Part shown: one piece after another, positions 33,951-43,102 of the stretch | Numbering within the stretch: position 1 is the stretch's first letter | Layout of the letters: each line of letters begins with the position of its first letter | IMG/VR virus record: IMGVR_UViG_3300042445_001170 | Span: 1-64,000 of that record | Length of the DNA: 64,000 nucleotides | Origin: a virus | Reading direction: 5' to 3' (one strand) | Translations under genes and position numbers: made by a program | Notes under the pieces: model-generated | What the model was told of the DNA's origin: nothing | What the model saw: the letters and a program-made list of their open reading frames with translations, nothing else | The model's database searches: none

Positions 33951-34162
33951 TGCTCCATCATAGCATTTATACCCTTGATTACACAAGTGTCTATGCCATC
34001 TCCATATCTATGGGTAAACTTTTTACCTACCCTCCATAGCTGATCGTCTTCTATGATTAAATAGTCATTGATTGAATCAGGATCTGTATCTCCTGCAACC
34101 CGCCCAATGTGGTATGTCTTAATTAGCCTATCGTTAACGTATATTGGAATGTGTATTGGCAT
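33947..34162 (-). CDS. Hypothetical protein
   Basis: Start moved to MPIHIP, just after the tRNA-Gln. Confidence 0.6.
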   Translation of the reverse strand: MPIHIPIYVNDRLIKTYHIGRVAGDTDPDSINDYLIIEDDQLWRVGKKFTHRYGDGIDTCVIKGINAMMEQ

Positions 34163-34163
34163 G

Positions 34164-34234
34164 CTCTCCCCCAAGGATTCGAACCTCAATAGCCAGGACC
34201 AAAACCTGGAGTCCTACCGTTAGACGAGAGGAGA
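34164..34234 (-). tRNA. tRNA-Gln(UUG)
   Basis: CCAGG-TTTTGGT-CCTGG; TTCGAAT. Confidence 0.92.
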
Positions 34235-34239
34235 CTATG

Positions 34240-34322
34240 CGGAAACAATAGGATTCGAACCTATGGATCTTTCAATCTACGATTTAGCAAACCGTTGCAT
34301 TCGACCACTCTGCCATATTTCC
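34240..34322 (-). tRNA. tRNA-Ser(GCU)
   Basis: ACGGT-TTGCTAA-ATCGT; long variable arm. Confidence 0.92.
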
Positions 34323-34483
34323 TTGTGTCGGGTCAGTTTATAGATTCCACACTGTAAGGCCTTTAACCGAGTCCCCCGACGAGACCGTACAGTAGACTCC
34401 TAGTTGCCCCTGTAGTTTGCGTAAACAGAAAGCTAACTTTTCGTAGCTACCGAAAGTTCCTACTGCCATACAAACGTTTCCCG

Positions 34484-34554
34484 CACCGTCTCTAGGAGTC
34501 GAACCTAGGCTTGCCGCTTTGGAGACGGCAGTGCTACCATAACACTTAGACGAT
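34484..34554 (-). tRNA. tRNA-Trp(CCA)
   Basis: GCCGT-CTCCAAA-GCGGC. Confidence 0.92.
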
Positions 34555-34685
34555 ATGTGATCAATAGGTCTACGAGCAGACTAACCTAATGATCGTGATA
34601 TATGAGGATTTACTATCGCTCGTTGTCCTCCAGTTGTCCCCGTCGGGAGTCAGTCTCAATTACCTGAAACTCAACTTTAATATCG

Positions 34686-34759
34686 TACATCAGGTAGGAG
34701 TTGAACCTACAACAATTAGTTCCTAAGACTAACGCCTCTACCAGTTGGGCTACTGACGC
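34686..34759 (-). tRNA. tRNA-Leu(UAG), short variable arm
   Basis: TTAGT-CTTAGGA-ACTAA. Confidence 0.9.
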
Positions 34760-34761
34760 AA

Positions 34762-34920
34762 ATGCTAGCCACGACTTGGGTTCTTAACCTAAACCATCTG
34801 CTAGCTGTTATACCTAGTTACGACCACAGAGCCTATCCATCAGCCTGAACGCCTTCATAAGATGCAGGTAACAGTGCTAAGTTCGGTATAACTATCTCCG
34901 TACAGGTTGTTCAGACCTTA
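34762..34920 (-). ncRNA. Candidate pseudoknotted ncRNA between tRNAs
   Basis: Interleaved helices 34807-14/34885-92 and 34842-50/34909-17. Confidence 0.45.
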
Positions 34921-34929
34921 TACTTTGAG

Positions 34930-35004
34930 TGGCGGATATGGGATTTGAACCCATGACCTAAAGCTTATGAGGCTTTCGAGCTAACCGAACTGCTCTAATC
35001 CGCT
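34930..35004 (-). tRNA. tRNA-Met(CAU), 1:72 mismatch
   Basis: AAAGC-CTCATAA-GCTTT; A1:C72. Confidence 0.9.
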
Positions 35005-35043
35005 GTGGAGATTAAGTATAGTACAGAACTAAATCCCTGTCAA

Positions 35044-35340
35044 CTATATTTGAATTGCCATTACACTCTTGGCATTAAGTAATAGATACTTAGTGTTGTC
35101 ATCATCTTCAACTTCCGTCCCAGAATGCTCTGGATAAAGGATTACATCTCCCACATTGATTCCGCCAATCGGGATCAGGTCGCCCTTGTAGTTGTATTCA
35201 CCTTCGCCCATGCTAATTACTGTAGCTTTATTTGGGCCTTGATCTGAGAACGTGGCAGATAGCACTAAGCCTGTAGCCGTTGTCTTTTCGCCTGTTTCAA
35301 TCTTCTTGATAAGCAACATTCCACCTATAGGTTTAATCAT
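35044..35340 (-). CDS. groES: Co-chaperonin GroES
   Basis: IKPIGG...KTTATGLVL...VGDVILYPEHSGTEV. Confidence 0.9.
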   Translation of the reverse strand: MIKPIGGMLLIKKIETGEKTTATGLVLSATFSDQGPNKATVISMGEGEYNYKGDLIPIGGINVGDVILYPEHSGTEVEDDDNTKYLLLNAKSVMAIQI

Positions 35341-35563
35341 TGTCTATGCCTTTTCTTATTTCCATAACGAGCCTTGACTTCTGCCTTAGCTTTATCTACA
35401 ATAGATTGCGTTAAAACATCTACATTAAATTCATCATCAAACTGCTGTTCGTTCATCTGGATCCTTTTCCCATGTAAGTTTTCCATCTTTATATACAGGC
35501 CAATATCCTAATGAACGCCAGTCCATTTTCATAATCTTTGGCTCTCTTGGCATACCACACACC

Positions 35564-36193
35564 TTAACCACGCATATATGGAAACAGTATGTAAGAGTAT
35601 AAATCATAGTTATCAAGAAGTGCTGGGTTGTCAGCCATATTACCTAAATTCATCTTCATAAGTGTCTTGTAATCAACCGTTATCATCATTGCTGGCTCTT
35701 TTTGATTTATATTTCCATACTGGTCTACTGATGGGAATGTTCCAGTAATGCATGCAGAGGCATTCTTATCCCACACTATTTCTTTATACTCAGTAAGGAT
35801 AGCAATCATATCTCTTTGACCACCACGAATTCTTGAGTCTTTGAATAAGTTATCAGAGATTGGAAACTTTACGAGTACGCAATCAGATTTACTATAACTT
35901 ACGTAGACATCTACATCTAACTCAGACTGAACATTTTTTCTAAATTCCTTAATGGGGTCTTTATTTTCATTCTTTGGATCTTCTAATACAGACTGAACTT
36001 CTTTTGCTGTTGTCTCAACAATCTTTTCTTTTTCTACTGTTGGTGGAAGTGTAGCACCAATTGCAATAAAAAGAATTGTGGGCAGAACTACTGCAAATGC
36101 CAGTAGTGATTTAGAGATAGTCTTTCTTTTAACAATTGCTACAACCATAGCAATTAAACTTAGTAGGTACAGAATAATAAATAAATCCGACAT
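35564..36193 (-). CDS. Membrane-anchored hypothetical protein
   Basis: Two N-terminal TM segments. Confidence 0.7.
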   Translation of the reverse strand: MSDLFIILYLLSLIAMVVAIVKRKTISKSLLAFAVVLPTILFIAIGATLPPTVEKEKIVETTAKEVQSVLEDPKNENKDPIKEFRKNVQSELDVDVYVSYSKSDCVLVKFPISDNLFKDSRIRGGQRDMIAILTEYKEIVWDKNASACITGTFPSVDQYGNINQKEPAMMITVDYKTLMKMNLGNMADNPALLDNYDLYSYILFPYMRG

Positions 36194-36249
36194 TTTAATC
36201 CTTTGTTTAGATACATTGTCCGCCCGACCCTGTATATACCTAAAGTATA

Positions 36250-36399
36250 CTATATATGATGGGACCCGTCAATAGTCTTTTGGCCCGCCTGACTCTCATG
36301 ATACTGTAAATGAAAATCCATTAGCTGATACGTGACCGCACAGAAGCATATTGAACAATGTGTGAGCCATTGGGACTTATCTTCCCAGGCTTTAGCCAA
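36250..36399 (-). CDS. Small C2H2-like protein (TTG start)
   Basis: CSIC...HLQYH. Confidence 0.45.
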   Translation of the reverse strand: MAKAWEDKSQWLTHCSICFCAVTYQLMDFHLQYHESQAGQKTIDGSHHI

Positions 36400-36488
36400 C
36401 TACTTGTTGCCCCTTAATTTCTTATACTCTTTAATAAAAGCAACTATGGTCACTATCAATACAAACACACACATAATAAAATAAAGGA

Positions 36489-37100
36489 TCATAGGAATTC
36501 ACCAGTAAAATTAACATTTGCGCTTAATCTAAATTGAGATGTATGGGGGTAGCTCCAACTATGAAACCTATCTGAGTAGAAAATGGCGCATGCTCCAGCT
36601 TTAGGGTGTATCTCTTTAATTATACTAAGATCTTCTACCGTTGTCTTTTTGCCATCGTACATCTTGTTGTAAAGGGTTGTAGGGCCTTCTGAGTCATTGA
36701 TATAGTACATGAAAGAGAACCCTCCGAACCTTCCATTAAGGTCTGTATGGATGGGAAGAGTCCTTTGATCGCTATTTTTTACTGTTAGGTTGACTCTTAC
36801 TCTTAAAAATTTATCAACACGAATCTTATACTTATCTGCAAAGGCATTCAATATCTCTGATAAGATAGGGGTAGATAGACTTGGCATTCCTAGAATTGAC
36901 TTATCTCCAAGAAGTATCAATCCATCCTGTGTTTGATCGGTATCTATACCAGATAGTCCATCAGTTTCTGCCCCAACAGTTTCCTGCATATAGTAGGGCA
37001 TATTCATAAATATTTTTTTATATTTCTCTATTTGTTCTTTGCTAAATATGTCTTCATCATAGATATACCCTGGGTCTACCAAAAGGTGTTCGTTGCTCAT
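36489..37100 (-). CDS. 2OG-Fe(II) oxygenase-like protein
   Basis: HTD, YYINDSEGPT, FHS...R motifs. Confidence 0.75.
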   Translation of the reverse strand: MSNEHLLVDPGYIYDEDIFSKEQIEKYKKIFMNMPYYMQETVGAETDGLSGIDTDQTQDGLILLGDKSILGMPSLSTPILSEILNAFADKYKIRVDKFLRVRVNLTVKNSDQRTLPIHTDLNGRFGGFSFMYYINDSEGPTTLYNKMYDGKKTTVEDLSIIKEIHPKAGACAIFYSDRFHSWSYPHTSQFRLSANVNFTGEFL

Positions 37101-37137
37101 GTATATATCCTACTATTTCTATTAGTTTATTGCAATA

Positions 37138-37272
37138 CTAGCTGACGTAAAAGTTTCTCATATGAGTCTTACATACGGAAATTATTGTTGCCCCTAGCTG
37201 ATCCCAGTAAATACCTGGCTCACTACAAAAATGACATTTGTCATCGTATGGCTTATTAACATCAGTCGTGTT
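37138..37272 (-). CDS. Small Zn-binding protein
   Basis: CHFC...VCKTH; start moved to MNTTDV. Confidence 0.55.
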   Translation of the reverse strand, partial: NTTDVNKPYDDKCHFCSEPGIYWDQLGATIISVCKTHMRNFYVS

Positions 37273-37483
37273 CATATCTATCTTTAATTCTCCTCCACCT
37301 TCCCCATTGGGTAGGTACATCGAGTCCAATATACTCCTGGCCAGTTTCTAAGTCAATAAGAAGCCATTTCCCAGGAGCTTTTGTATGAATTGTTAAGTTA
37401 ACAGCCTCTTCAAATTCGTGAACTTCTGCTCCTTGATACATTTTAGGTAAAAAGGTATAGACATTGTTAAGTAATTTTCTCAT
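37262..37483 (-). CDS. Hypothetical protein
   Basis: TKAPGKWLLIDLETGQEY motif. Confidence 0.7.
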   Translation of the reverse strand: MRKLLNNVYTFLPKMYQGAEVHEFEEAVNLTIHTKAPGKWLLIDLETGQEYIGLDVPTQWGRWRRIKDRYEHD

Positions 37484-37504
37484 ACAGATACTATTATATC
37501 TTAT

Positions 37505-37648
37505 TTAAACTGCTAATTCCCTTGGTAACATTATTTCGCATTTGTCACAGTAATCATAAATAGATCCAGTGTACGGACATTGCCCAGCTTCAATTAAATT
37601 ATGCCCATTAAAATAACATTTAATTCTGTTAAAGTAATGACTAATCAT
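37505..37648 (-). CDS. Small Cys/His protein
   Basis: C...GH...CP...CDKC; start moved to MISHY. Confidence 0.55.
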   Translation of the reverse strand: MISHYFNRIKCYFNGHNLIEAGQCPYTGSIYDYCDKCEIMLPRELAV

Positions 37649-37771
37649 CTTGCTTTTCTTTATCCCAAGGCGGAGGTTCAACTGGAGGTCTGCCGTGTGA
37701 CCCATCGCATACTGGATAGGACAAAGACCTACCGCATTGACACATTACTACTGCTGGATATTTGGTAGCCA

Positions 37772-38284
37772 TTATGCTGAAAGTATCTTTGATAAAGCGT
37801 TAATTGTTGCAGATATTCTACCGATATCTCTTAACTGCTCCACTGTGTACCCCTCTTCTTTTAATGTCTCATAATGTGCTTTTACACAAAAATGACACTT
37901 TCCTATAATAGATGAGGCTAGCGAGTAGGCTTCAAACTTTGCCTTTGTAGTTCCGCCATGAGTTGCAATAGCATTCATTCTTAGCTGTGCTGGCAATCCT
38001 TTAAGATTTGCATCGTCTGCCATTTCTATAAATGGATACCAAACATTATTTTGTGCCATGATTGCGCCAGCAGTAAGGGCTGCATTTTTTTCAACTTCGT
38101 CCGTTGCATTTGCAACAATAAAAGTTAGCAACTTAGAATTGCCAGTAGAAAAAGCAGCAGCTATTGAAAGATACAATGCATGTTCTGGATCAATAGTTGA
38201 TCTGTTTATCACAGCATCAAGATTTAATCTAATATCTTTTGCATACTCTGGAAGATTTTCGTTTAGCTGTCCTACCCAAGACAT
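37772..38284 (-). CDS. ahpD: Alkyl hydroperoxide reductase AhpD
   Basis: LPEYAKDIRLNL, MAQNNVWY, LRMN, CHFCVKAH. Confidence 0.93.
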   Translation of the reverse strand: MSWVGQLNENLPEYAKDIRLNLDAVINRSTIDPEHALYLSIAAAFSTGNSKLLTFIVANATDEVEKNAALTAGAIMAQNNVWYPFIEMADDANLKGLPAQLRMNAIATHGGTTKAKFEAYSLASSIIGKCHFCVKAHYETLKEEGYTVEQLRDIGRISATINALSKILSA

Positions 38285-38820
38285 TATAGCGTTTCTCCGC
38301 CAAGAGGTCTATTGCATGCACAAAGCTCACCAGTTTGGAGGGCATCTAGAACACGCAATGCTTCTCCTGCATTACGACCTACATCTAAGTTGTTGCATGT
38401 TACATGCTGAATAATGTTATCTGGATCTATAATAAATGTTGCACGGTATGTGACGCCAGATGAGTGATGTACTCCTAGATCGTTTGCTAAAGCGTGTGAT
38501 GTGTCTGCAAAAGACCATGAGTTAGTTTTCTTAAGATCTTCATGGGCATTTCTCCATGCAATTTTGCAGAACTCATTGTCCACTGATCCAGTCATAAGCA
38601 CTGCATCTCTGTCATTAAAGTCATTTACTAATGCATCGTAGGCAACAATTTCTGTTGGGCAAACAAATGTAAAATCTTTTGGATAGAAAGCAATGATCTT
38701 CCATTTTCCTGGGAATGAGTCTTGTGTCAACACTTCAAATGAGCTATCTTCATAAGATAAAGCCCCTGGCTTAACTCCAGTTACTGCGAAGTTGCCTAAT
38801 TTCTCTCCTACTGTTTTCAT
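38284..38820 (-). CDS. ahpC: Peroxiredoxin AhpC
   Basis: FYPKDFTFVCPTE; ELCACN. Confidence 0.95.
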   Translation of the reverse strand: MKTVGEKLGNFAVTGVKPGALSYEDSSFEVLTQDSFPGKWKIIAFYPKDFTFVCPTEIVAYDALVNDFNDRDAVLMTGSVDNEFCKIAWRNAHEDLKKTNSWSFADTSHALANDLGVHHSSGVTYRATFIIDPDNIIQHVTCNNLDVGRNAGEALRVLDALQTGELCACNRPLGGETL

Positions 38821-38908
38821 ATTACTACCGAATCTAATACAATGTCTACAGCATCATCCAATGATGTAGTGTGTTCTTTGGAACAATTACCGCATTCTTT
38901 ACACACGG

Positions 38909-39115
38909 TTAAACTTTCTTTCTGCCGCTTTTCTTTGGAGGTCTAGGTACTAAGCTAGTCTCTCTTCGTATCCCATGTTTATTTGTATCAATCTTAACAC
39001 CTTGTCTTGGATACCTTTTAGGTGTACTTGTGCTTGTGACAGCACCAGCTGGTGCACCAGCATTTGCTGGTGGCACCATGCCAGTACCATCTTCTTTTTT
39101 TAAACTATCTGACAC
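38909..39115 (-). CDS. Basic hypothetical protein
   Basis: ORF track. Confidence 0.6.
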   Translation of the reverse strand: MSDSLKKEDGTGMVPPANAGAPAGAVTSTSTPKRYPRQGVKIDTNKHGIRRETSLVPRPPKKSGRKKV

Positions 39116-39246
39116 TAATCTATGTCCTGTCCATTTGCGCCTTTTGGCTCTGACATTTCGTGTGTCGATGATTCTTCTATTTCCACAGACATCATTCCTG
39201 ACGCTGATCCAATAGAGTTAGACTGACAACCGCATTCAATACACAT
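39115..39246 (-). CDS. Small protein MCIECGC... (43 aa)
   Basis: Coupled ORF. Confidence 0.55.
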   Translation of the reverse strand: MCIECGCQSNSIGSASGMMSVEIEESSTHEMSEPKGANGQDID

Positions 39247-39425
39247 TAGTTGCAGTTCTCACAATCTTTTATTGCACATTCGGCATCGCCTCTTGTGTCT
39301 CTAGTGCATTCTGCTCCAGACTTAGCTGGGGCTGCAACTGGTGCAACTGCAGGTGTTGCTACTACTGCGGCTACTGCTGCTTCTACTGATGCAGCAACAA
39401 CTTCTTCTTTATCAAATAGACCCAT
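39246..39425 (-). CDS. Small Ala-rich protein with Cys C-terminus (59 aa)
   Basis: Coupled ORF ending ECAIKDCENCN. Confidence 0.55.
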   Translation of the reverse strand: MGLFDKEEVVAASVEAAVAAVVATPAVAPVAAPAKSGAECTRDTRGDAECAIKDCENCN

Positions 39426-39427
39426 TT

Positions 39428-39577
39428 TTACTTTGGGCCCTGTGCTGATGCTTGGTTAGAAACATCTGTTGCTGGAAATGCGGCTGCTGGCGCCTCTGTG
39501 TAGTTCTCTGTTGCCCATGGTGATGATCCTGCTGGCTTTGTTTCATTAAATCCTTTTAAATCTTTTCCGTCTGACAT
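39428..39577 (-). CDS. Small hypothetical protein (49 aa)
   Basis: AGGAG RBS. Confidence 0.6.
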   Translation of the reverse strand: MSDGKDLKGFNETKPAGSSPWATENYTEAPAAAFPATDVSNQASAQGPK

Positions 39578-39658
39578 GTTGTGCTCCTATAGGTTATTTA
39601 TTTAAACGGGACTAGTATTCCGCTTATGGATCTATTATAGCATTTGGTTGATTAAAAC

Positions 39659-40477
39659 CTACTCGTTGCTATTTTCCCAGCCATACCATGGCTTTACTCC
39701 ACTATCAGATTTATTGTCCAAGACTATGCCCTTTGAGACAGATTCCTCTAGCATTTCTTTTGTTATTTCCACTTCTGTTTCATACATTGGCCTTACTCTA
39801 GGCCTCATCTTGTCCCGCTCATGATAAAGGAATGAAATCATATTAATTCTTTCGCCAGACTCAACTTTTTTTACTCCATGTGGTAGGCTGTAGTCGCCTT
39901 CAAAAAAGACTAAGGTTCCTGTTTTTGGCTTATATTCAAAATCTTGGAATGGGAAAAACAGCTCCCCACCAGTATACTCTTCATTTAAATATAAAAGTGC
40001 CGCTCTATCTTCGTATTCATGCTCTCTTATTTTAAGCCCGCCTTCTGAATCAACATAGTGGTTGTCCATGTGAAGCTTATTTTCTGCTCCTGGCTTCATG
40101 TGACTATAAAACATGCTTTTTGCAACAAATGGAGTTCCATAGAAATCTGAAACCGCTTTAACCATTGAAACCGATATCAATTGAAATAGATCTAGGCTTA
40201 AATCATATGCTGGGTCACCAGTATATTTAGAAACATATTCGTATGGGGTAACGGCATTTCCAGACAATCCGCCAGATATATATTGATTATGCGGTGTCAC
40301 TGTAAGGTATTGATTTTGTATTGCTGTTAGCATTTTTGCTGTATGTGGTGATATAAAGTTTTCAACAACATGTATTTTATCAAAATAAGTTTTTACTTCT
40401 TTAAAGTAATATCTATCTGGGTCCTCAAGAAAAGGTCTATCTTGATCTAACATATTTATTCCTCTATCTGTGCCCAT
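39659..40477 (-). CDS. 2OG-Fe(II) oxygenase
   Basis: HMD, YLNEEYTGGELFFP, PHGV...R. Confidence 0.85.
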   Translation of the reverse strand: MGTDRGINMLDQDRPFLEDPDRYYFKEVKTYFDKIHVVENFISPHTAKMLTAIQNQYLTVTPHNQYISGGLSGNAVTPYEYVSKYTGDPAYDLSLDLFQLISVSMVKAVSDFYGTPFVAKSMFYSHMKPGAENKLHMDNHYVDSEGGLKIREHEYEDRAALLYLNEEYTGGELFFPFQDFEYKPKTGTLVFFEGDYSLPHGVKKVESGERINMISFLYHERDKMRPRVRPMYETEVEITKEMLEESVSKGIVLDNKSDSGVKPWYGWENSNE

Positions 40478-40704
40478 GGCGTTGCTCTATGCATGCCAGA
40501 ATATTTACAAGGGCAAGCAATTCTGAATGGCCCTTCGAACTTAAGTCTTGTTTTAATATCAATTTGAGTTAAGCAGTCTGGACATATAAAAGTTGCAGAT
40601 ATCCAGTGCCCAGCTATCGGGTTATTTTCTTCTGTTTCTTTTTTATACTTTTCGTTTAGTTCAACTGCTAGCTTAACTTGACTTTCAAGACTATCTTTTT
40701 TCAA
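40456..40704 (-). CDS. Zn-ribbon hypothetical protein
   Basis: CPDC...CPC. Confidence 0.55.
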   Translation of the reverse strand: MKKDSLESQVKLAVELNEKYKKETEENNPIAGHWISATFICPDCLTQIDIKTRLKFEGPFRIACPCKYSGMHRATPWAQIEE

Positions 40705-40823
40705 TTTTTATACTTTTCGTTATAATGTTCCTTACAGATCTCTATCATTTTAGAATCTGTCGTGGTTATATACTTAGGCTCTTGTTCACAATCTTTAATC
40801 TCACAAGTGTTGCTAATCATTAA

Positions 40824-40964
40824 TTACTTTGAACCTTGTGCTTTCTGTCCACGGTAACCAGTTTTTTTAATATTCATTGATCCTGGCTTTTTTTGACCGC
40901 TGGCGTATGTGGCAGCCTGTCTTTGTGCTAATGCACGTTGCATTTTTTCTAAATGTTTTCCCAT
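40824..40964 (-). CDS. Small basic protein (46 aa)
   Basis: MGKHLEK...KKPGSMN. Confidence 0.55.
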   Translation of the reverse strand: MGKHLEKMQRALAQRQAATYASGQKKPGSMNIKKTGYRGQKAQGSK

Positions 40965-41182
40965 TATTTAACCTTATGTCCAAACTTTGACCAAAGTCTT
41001 TCATGTAAAAAATAACCGATCATTTCGCATGCCGTGTAAATAATAGCAAATGTACCAGCATACTCCCAATGAGCTTCGCCAGTTATAGCCTTTTCAAAGA
41101 AATAGACCATCGTGCCAACAAATCCAATATGAACTGCTGGCCAAGTAATTGACTTATATAAACTTCTTTTGTTTGATTCCAT
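40964..41182 (-). CDS. DUF2061-like membrane protein
   Basis: RSLYKSITW...YFLHERLW. Confidence 0.75.
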   Translation of the reverse strand: MESNKRSLYKSITWPAVHIGFVGTMVYFFEKAITGEAHWEYAGTFAIIYTACEMIGYFLHERLWSKFGHKVK

Positions 41183-41205
41183 AATCCAATTCTATCATTT
41201 AAGTA

Positions 41206-41239
41206 TTAAAGGGGCAAGACCTAAGTCCTGCCCCTTTAA
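41206..41239. terminator. Hairpin terminator
   Basis: TTAAAGGGGCA...TGCCCCTTTAA. Confidence 0.75.
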
Positions 41240-41249
41240 TTGAAGCTAT

Positions 41250-42350
41250 TTACTTCTTTAATGCTACCTTCAACTTAGGGAACTTCTTGTTCCACTTAGT
41301 TGCAAGCGCATTGTATTCCGCCTTGTACTTTGCTGCTGCTGTTGCAGTAGCAAGATCCGATGCAACCTTTGCGGTTACTGTTGCTGAGTCAGATGCTGCC
41401 TTTGCGTCTGCAAGTGCCTTATCTGCTGCAACCTTATCGGCTGCACGTCCAGCCTTTTCTGCTGCAAGAACATTAGCTGCTGCTTGTGCATCAAGTGCAC
41501 GTCCAGCCTTTTCTGCTGCAAGCTGTGCAGTAAGAGTTGCAACTGTTCCATTAAGATCAGATACTGTGAATGCAGCCTGTGCTGCCTTAACTGGTGCTGT
41601 AAGACCAGTTACTGTTGCTGCTGATGAAGCACCTGTTACTACTACTGTAACTGTTCCTGCTACGCCAACTGCTAATGAGGCTGTCTTAGAGCCTGCTACT
41701 AGTGTTGTGTCTGCAGTTGCTTCTGCTGTTGTTGATGTAACGAGTGTCTTTGTAACTGTTCCATCAGAGAATGTTGAACCAATTACTGTTGCTGTAATTG
41801 TTTCTCCTGTCAGAATTGCGTTACCAAAAACGTCTGATGCTGACACTGTGATTGTAGGGATTGTTCCAACTGCTGATGCTGCTGGCACTGCAACTGCAAC
41901 ATTTGATGCTGCTCCTGCTGTTCCCTTGATGTATACGACTGTTGAATATCCGCCGTTAGTAATTGTAACTGTTCCAACCTTTACGCTTGTTGTATAAGCG
42001 TAAACTGTTAGCGCTGAGCCAGCAGAAGTTACTGAGAGTGTTGATACACCTGACGCAATTGTCTTTGGTGCATCTGTTGTGTGTAGAGCAGTTACAAGCT
42101 TAATTGTATCTGATGCTACAAAAGATACTACTGTTCCAGTATCTGCTGTTGCTGCTAATGCCACAGATGTTCCAGATGTGATCTGGTTAGCTGAAGGTAC
42201 CGCCACTGTTGCAGGCGCTGCAGATGTTGTTGCGTTAGTTACTGTTGCTACTGTAACGGCTAAAGGTGCTGCCGAAACTGGTGCTACAGAAACGCTGATG
42301 ATTGCTAGAGCTGCAGCAGTAACAATCGATAGTTTCTTAAATGACTTCAT
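41250..42350 (-). CDS. Secreted Ala/Thr/Val-rich surface protein
   Basis: Signal peptide, Ig-like beta region, coiled-coil C-terminus. Confidence 0.75.
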   Translation of the reverse strand: MKSFKKLSIVTAAALAIISVSVAPVSAAPLAVTVATVTNATTSAAPATVAVPSANQITSGTSVALAATADTGTVVSFVASDTIKLVTALHTTDAPKTIASGVSTLSVTSAGSALTVYAYTTSVKVGTVTITNGGYSTVVYIKGTAGAASNVAVAVPAASAVGTIPTITVSASDVFGNAILTGETITATVIGSTFSDGTVTKTLVTSTTAEATADTTLVAGSKTASLAVGVAGTVTVVVTGASSAATVTGLTAPVKAAQAAFTVSDLNGTVATLTAQLAAEKAGRALDAQAAANVLAAEKAGRAADKVAADKALADAKAASDSATVTAKVASDLATATAAAKYKAEYNALATKWNKKFPKLKVALKK

Positions 42351-42397
42351 TTAATTTATTCTCCTTATTTCCTCTGCCTCTTGATGAGAACAGAAAT

Positions 42398-42598
42398 TTA
42401 GTTTAGTTCTATTACTTTTACTTGGAATGAGCACGGATCTCCGCCTTCATCCCATTCTTGCATTTCTTCTTCTGTCATTGGCGGACCATCATGTGTATTA
42501 CAAAATACATCTGATATCCAGCCTCTGTCATAACCATTCTTGAGCCATATTTCAAACTCTACATGATTAATGTATCCTTCATCAGGGTCTAGATCCAT
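42398..42598 (-). CDS. Hypothetical protein (CNTHDG motif)
   Basis: ORF track. Confidence 0.7.
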   Translation of the reverse strand: MDLDPDEGYINHVEFEIWLKNGYDRGWISDVFCNTHDGPPMTEEEMQEWDEGGDPCSFQVKVIELN

Positions 42599-42891
42599 TC
42601 TGAAAGCTCCTCTAAAATGAGATGCTTAGGCTTGGCGCCAACAATAGTTTTAATTGGCTTCCCAGACTTAAATAGTACCATATACGGGATAGTGGTTACA
42701 GAGTATTCTGCTGACTTGATGGGATTCTCATCAACATTTAACTTTCCAATCCATAATCCACGCTCATTTGATATCTCGTCTAGTATTGGAGATACCTTTT
42801 TGCATGGACCACACCATGGGGCCCAAAAGTCGATAAGAACTAAGTTGTGTGACTCAAGAACTTTATCAAAACTTTCATCTGTAACGATCAA
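42589..42891 (-). CDS. trxA: Thioredoxin
   Basis: DFWAPWCGPCK. Confidence 0.95.
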   Translation of the reverse strand: MIVTDESFDKVLESHNLVLIDFWAPWCGPCKKVSPILDEISNERGLWIGKLNVDENPIKSAEYSVTTIPYMVLFKSGKPIKTIVGAKPKHLILEELSEWI

Positions 42892-42892
42892 C

Positions 42893-43102
42893 TTACTCTC
42901 CCTTTAATTCATCCGCTGCTTTATTAAATTTATTCATAAATGTTTGGATTACCCAAACTGCGGTTTCTCCTGCATTAACTGACATCGCTTTTGAAGCATC
43001 TTCAGTTCTATCTTCGATAGCAAGGGCGTTGTACCATTTCTGGTACAACTCCTCACCAATCTCTTTAATAATTTCTTCAAGTACGGTTAGCTTGTTATCC
43101 AT
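42893..43102 (-). CDS. Hypothetical protein
   Basis: ORF track. Confidence 0.65.
   Translation of the reverse strand: MDNKLTVLEEIIKEIGEELYQKWYNALAIEDRTEDASKAMSVNAGETAVWVIQTFMNKFNKAADELKGE

Noticed and set aside
34762-34929. Minimal theta (HDV-like) ribozyme
   Set aside because: P1 does not start at the tRNA 3' end and the P3/L3 segment is too long; kept only as a generic ncRNA candidate
36250-36488. ncRNA in an apparent gap
   Set aside because: Explained by two small minus-strand ORFs (a TM peptide and a C2H2-like protein)
41287-41997. 236-aa plus-strand ORF and similar ones (72, 5097, 10044, 48248, 50971)
   Set aside because: Antisense shadows of well-supported minus-strand genes
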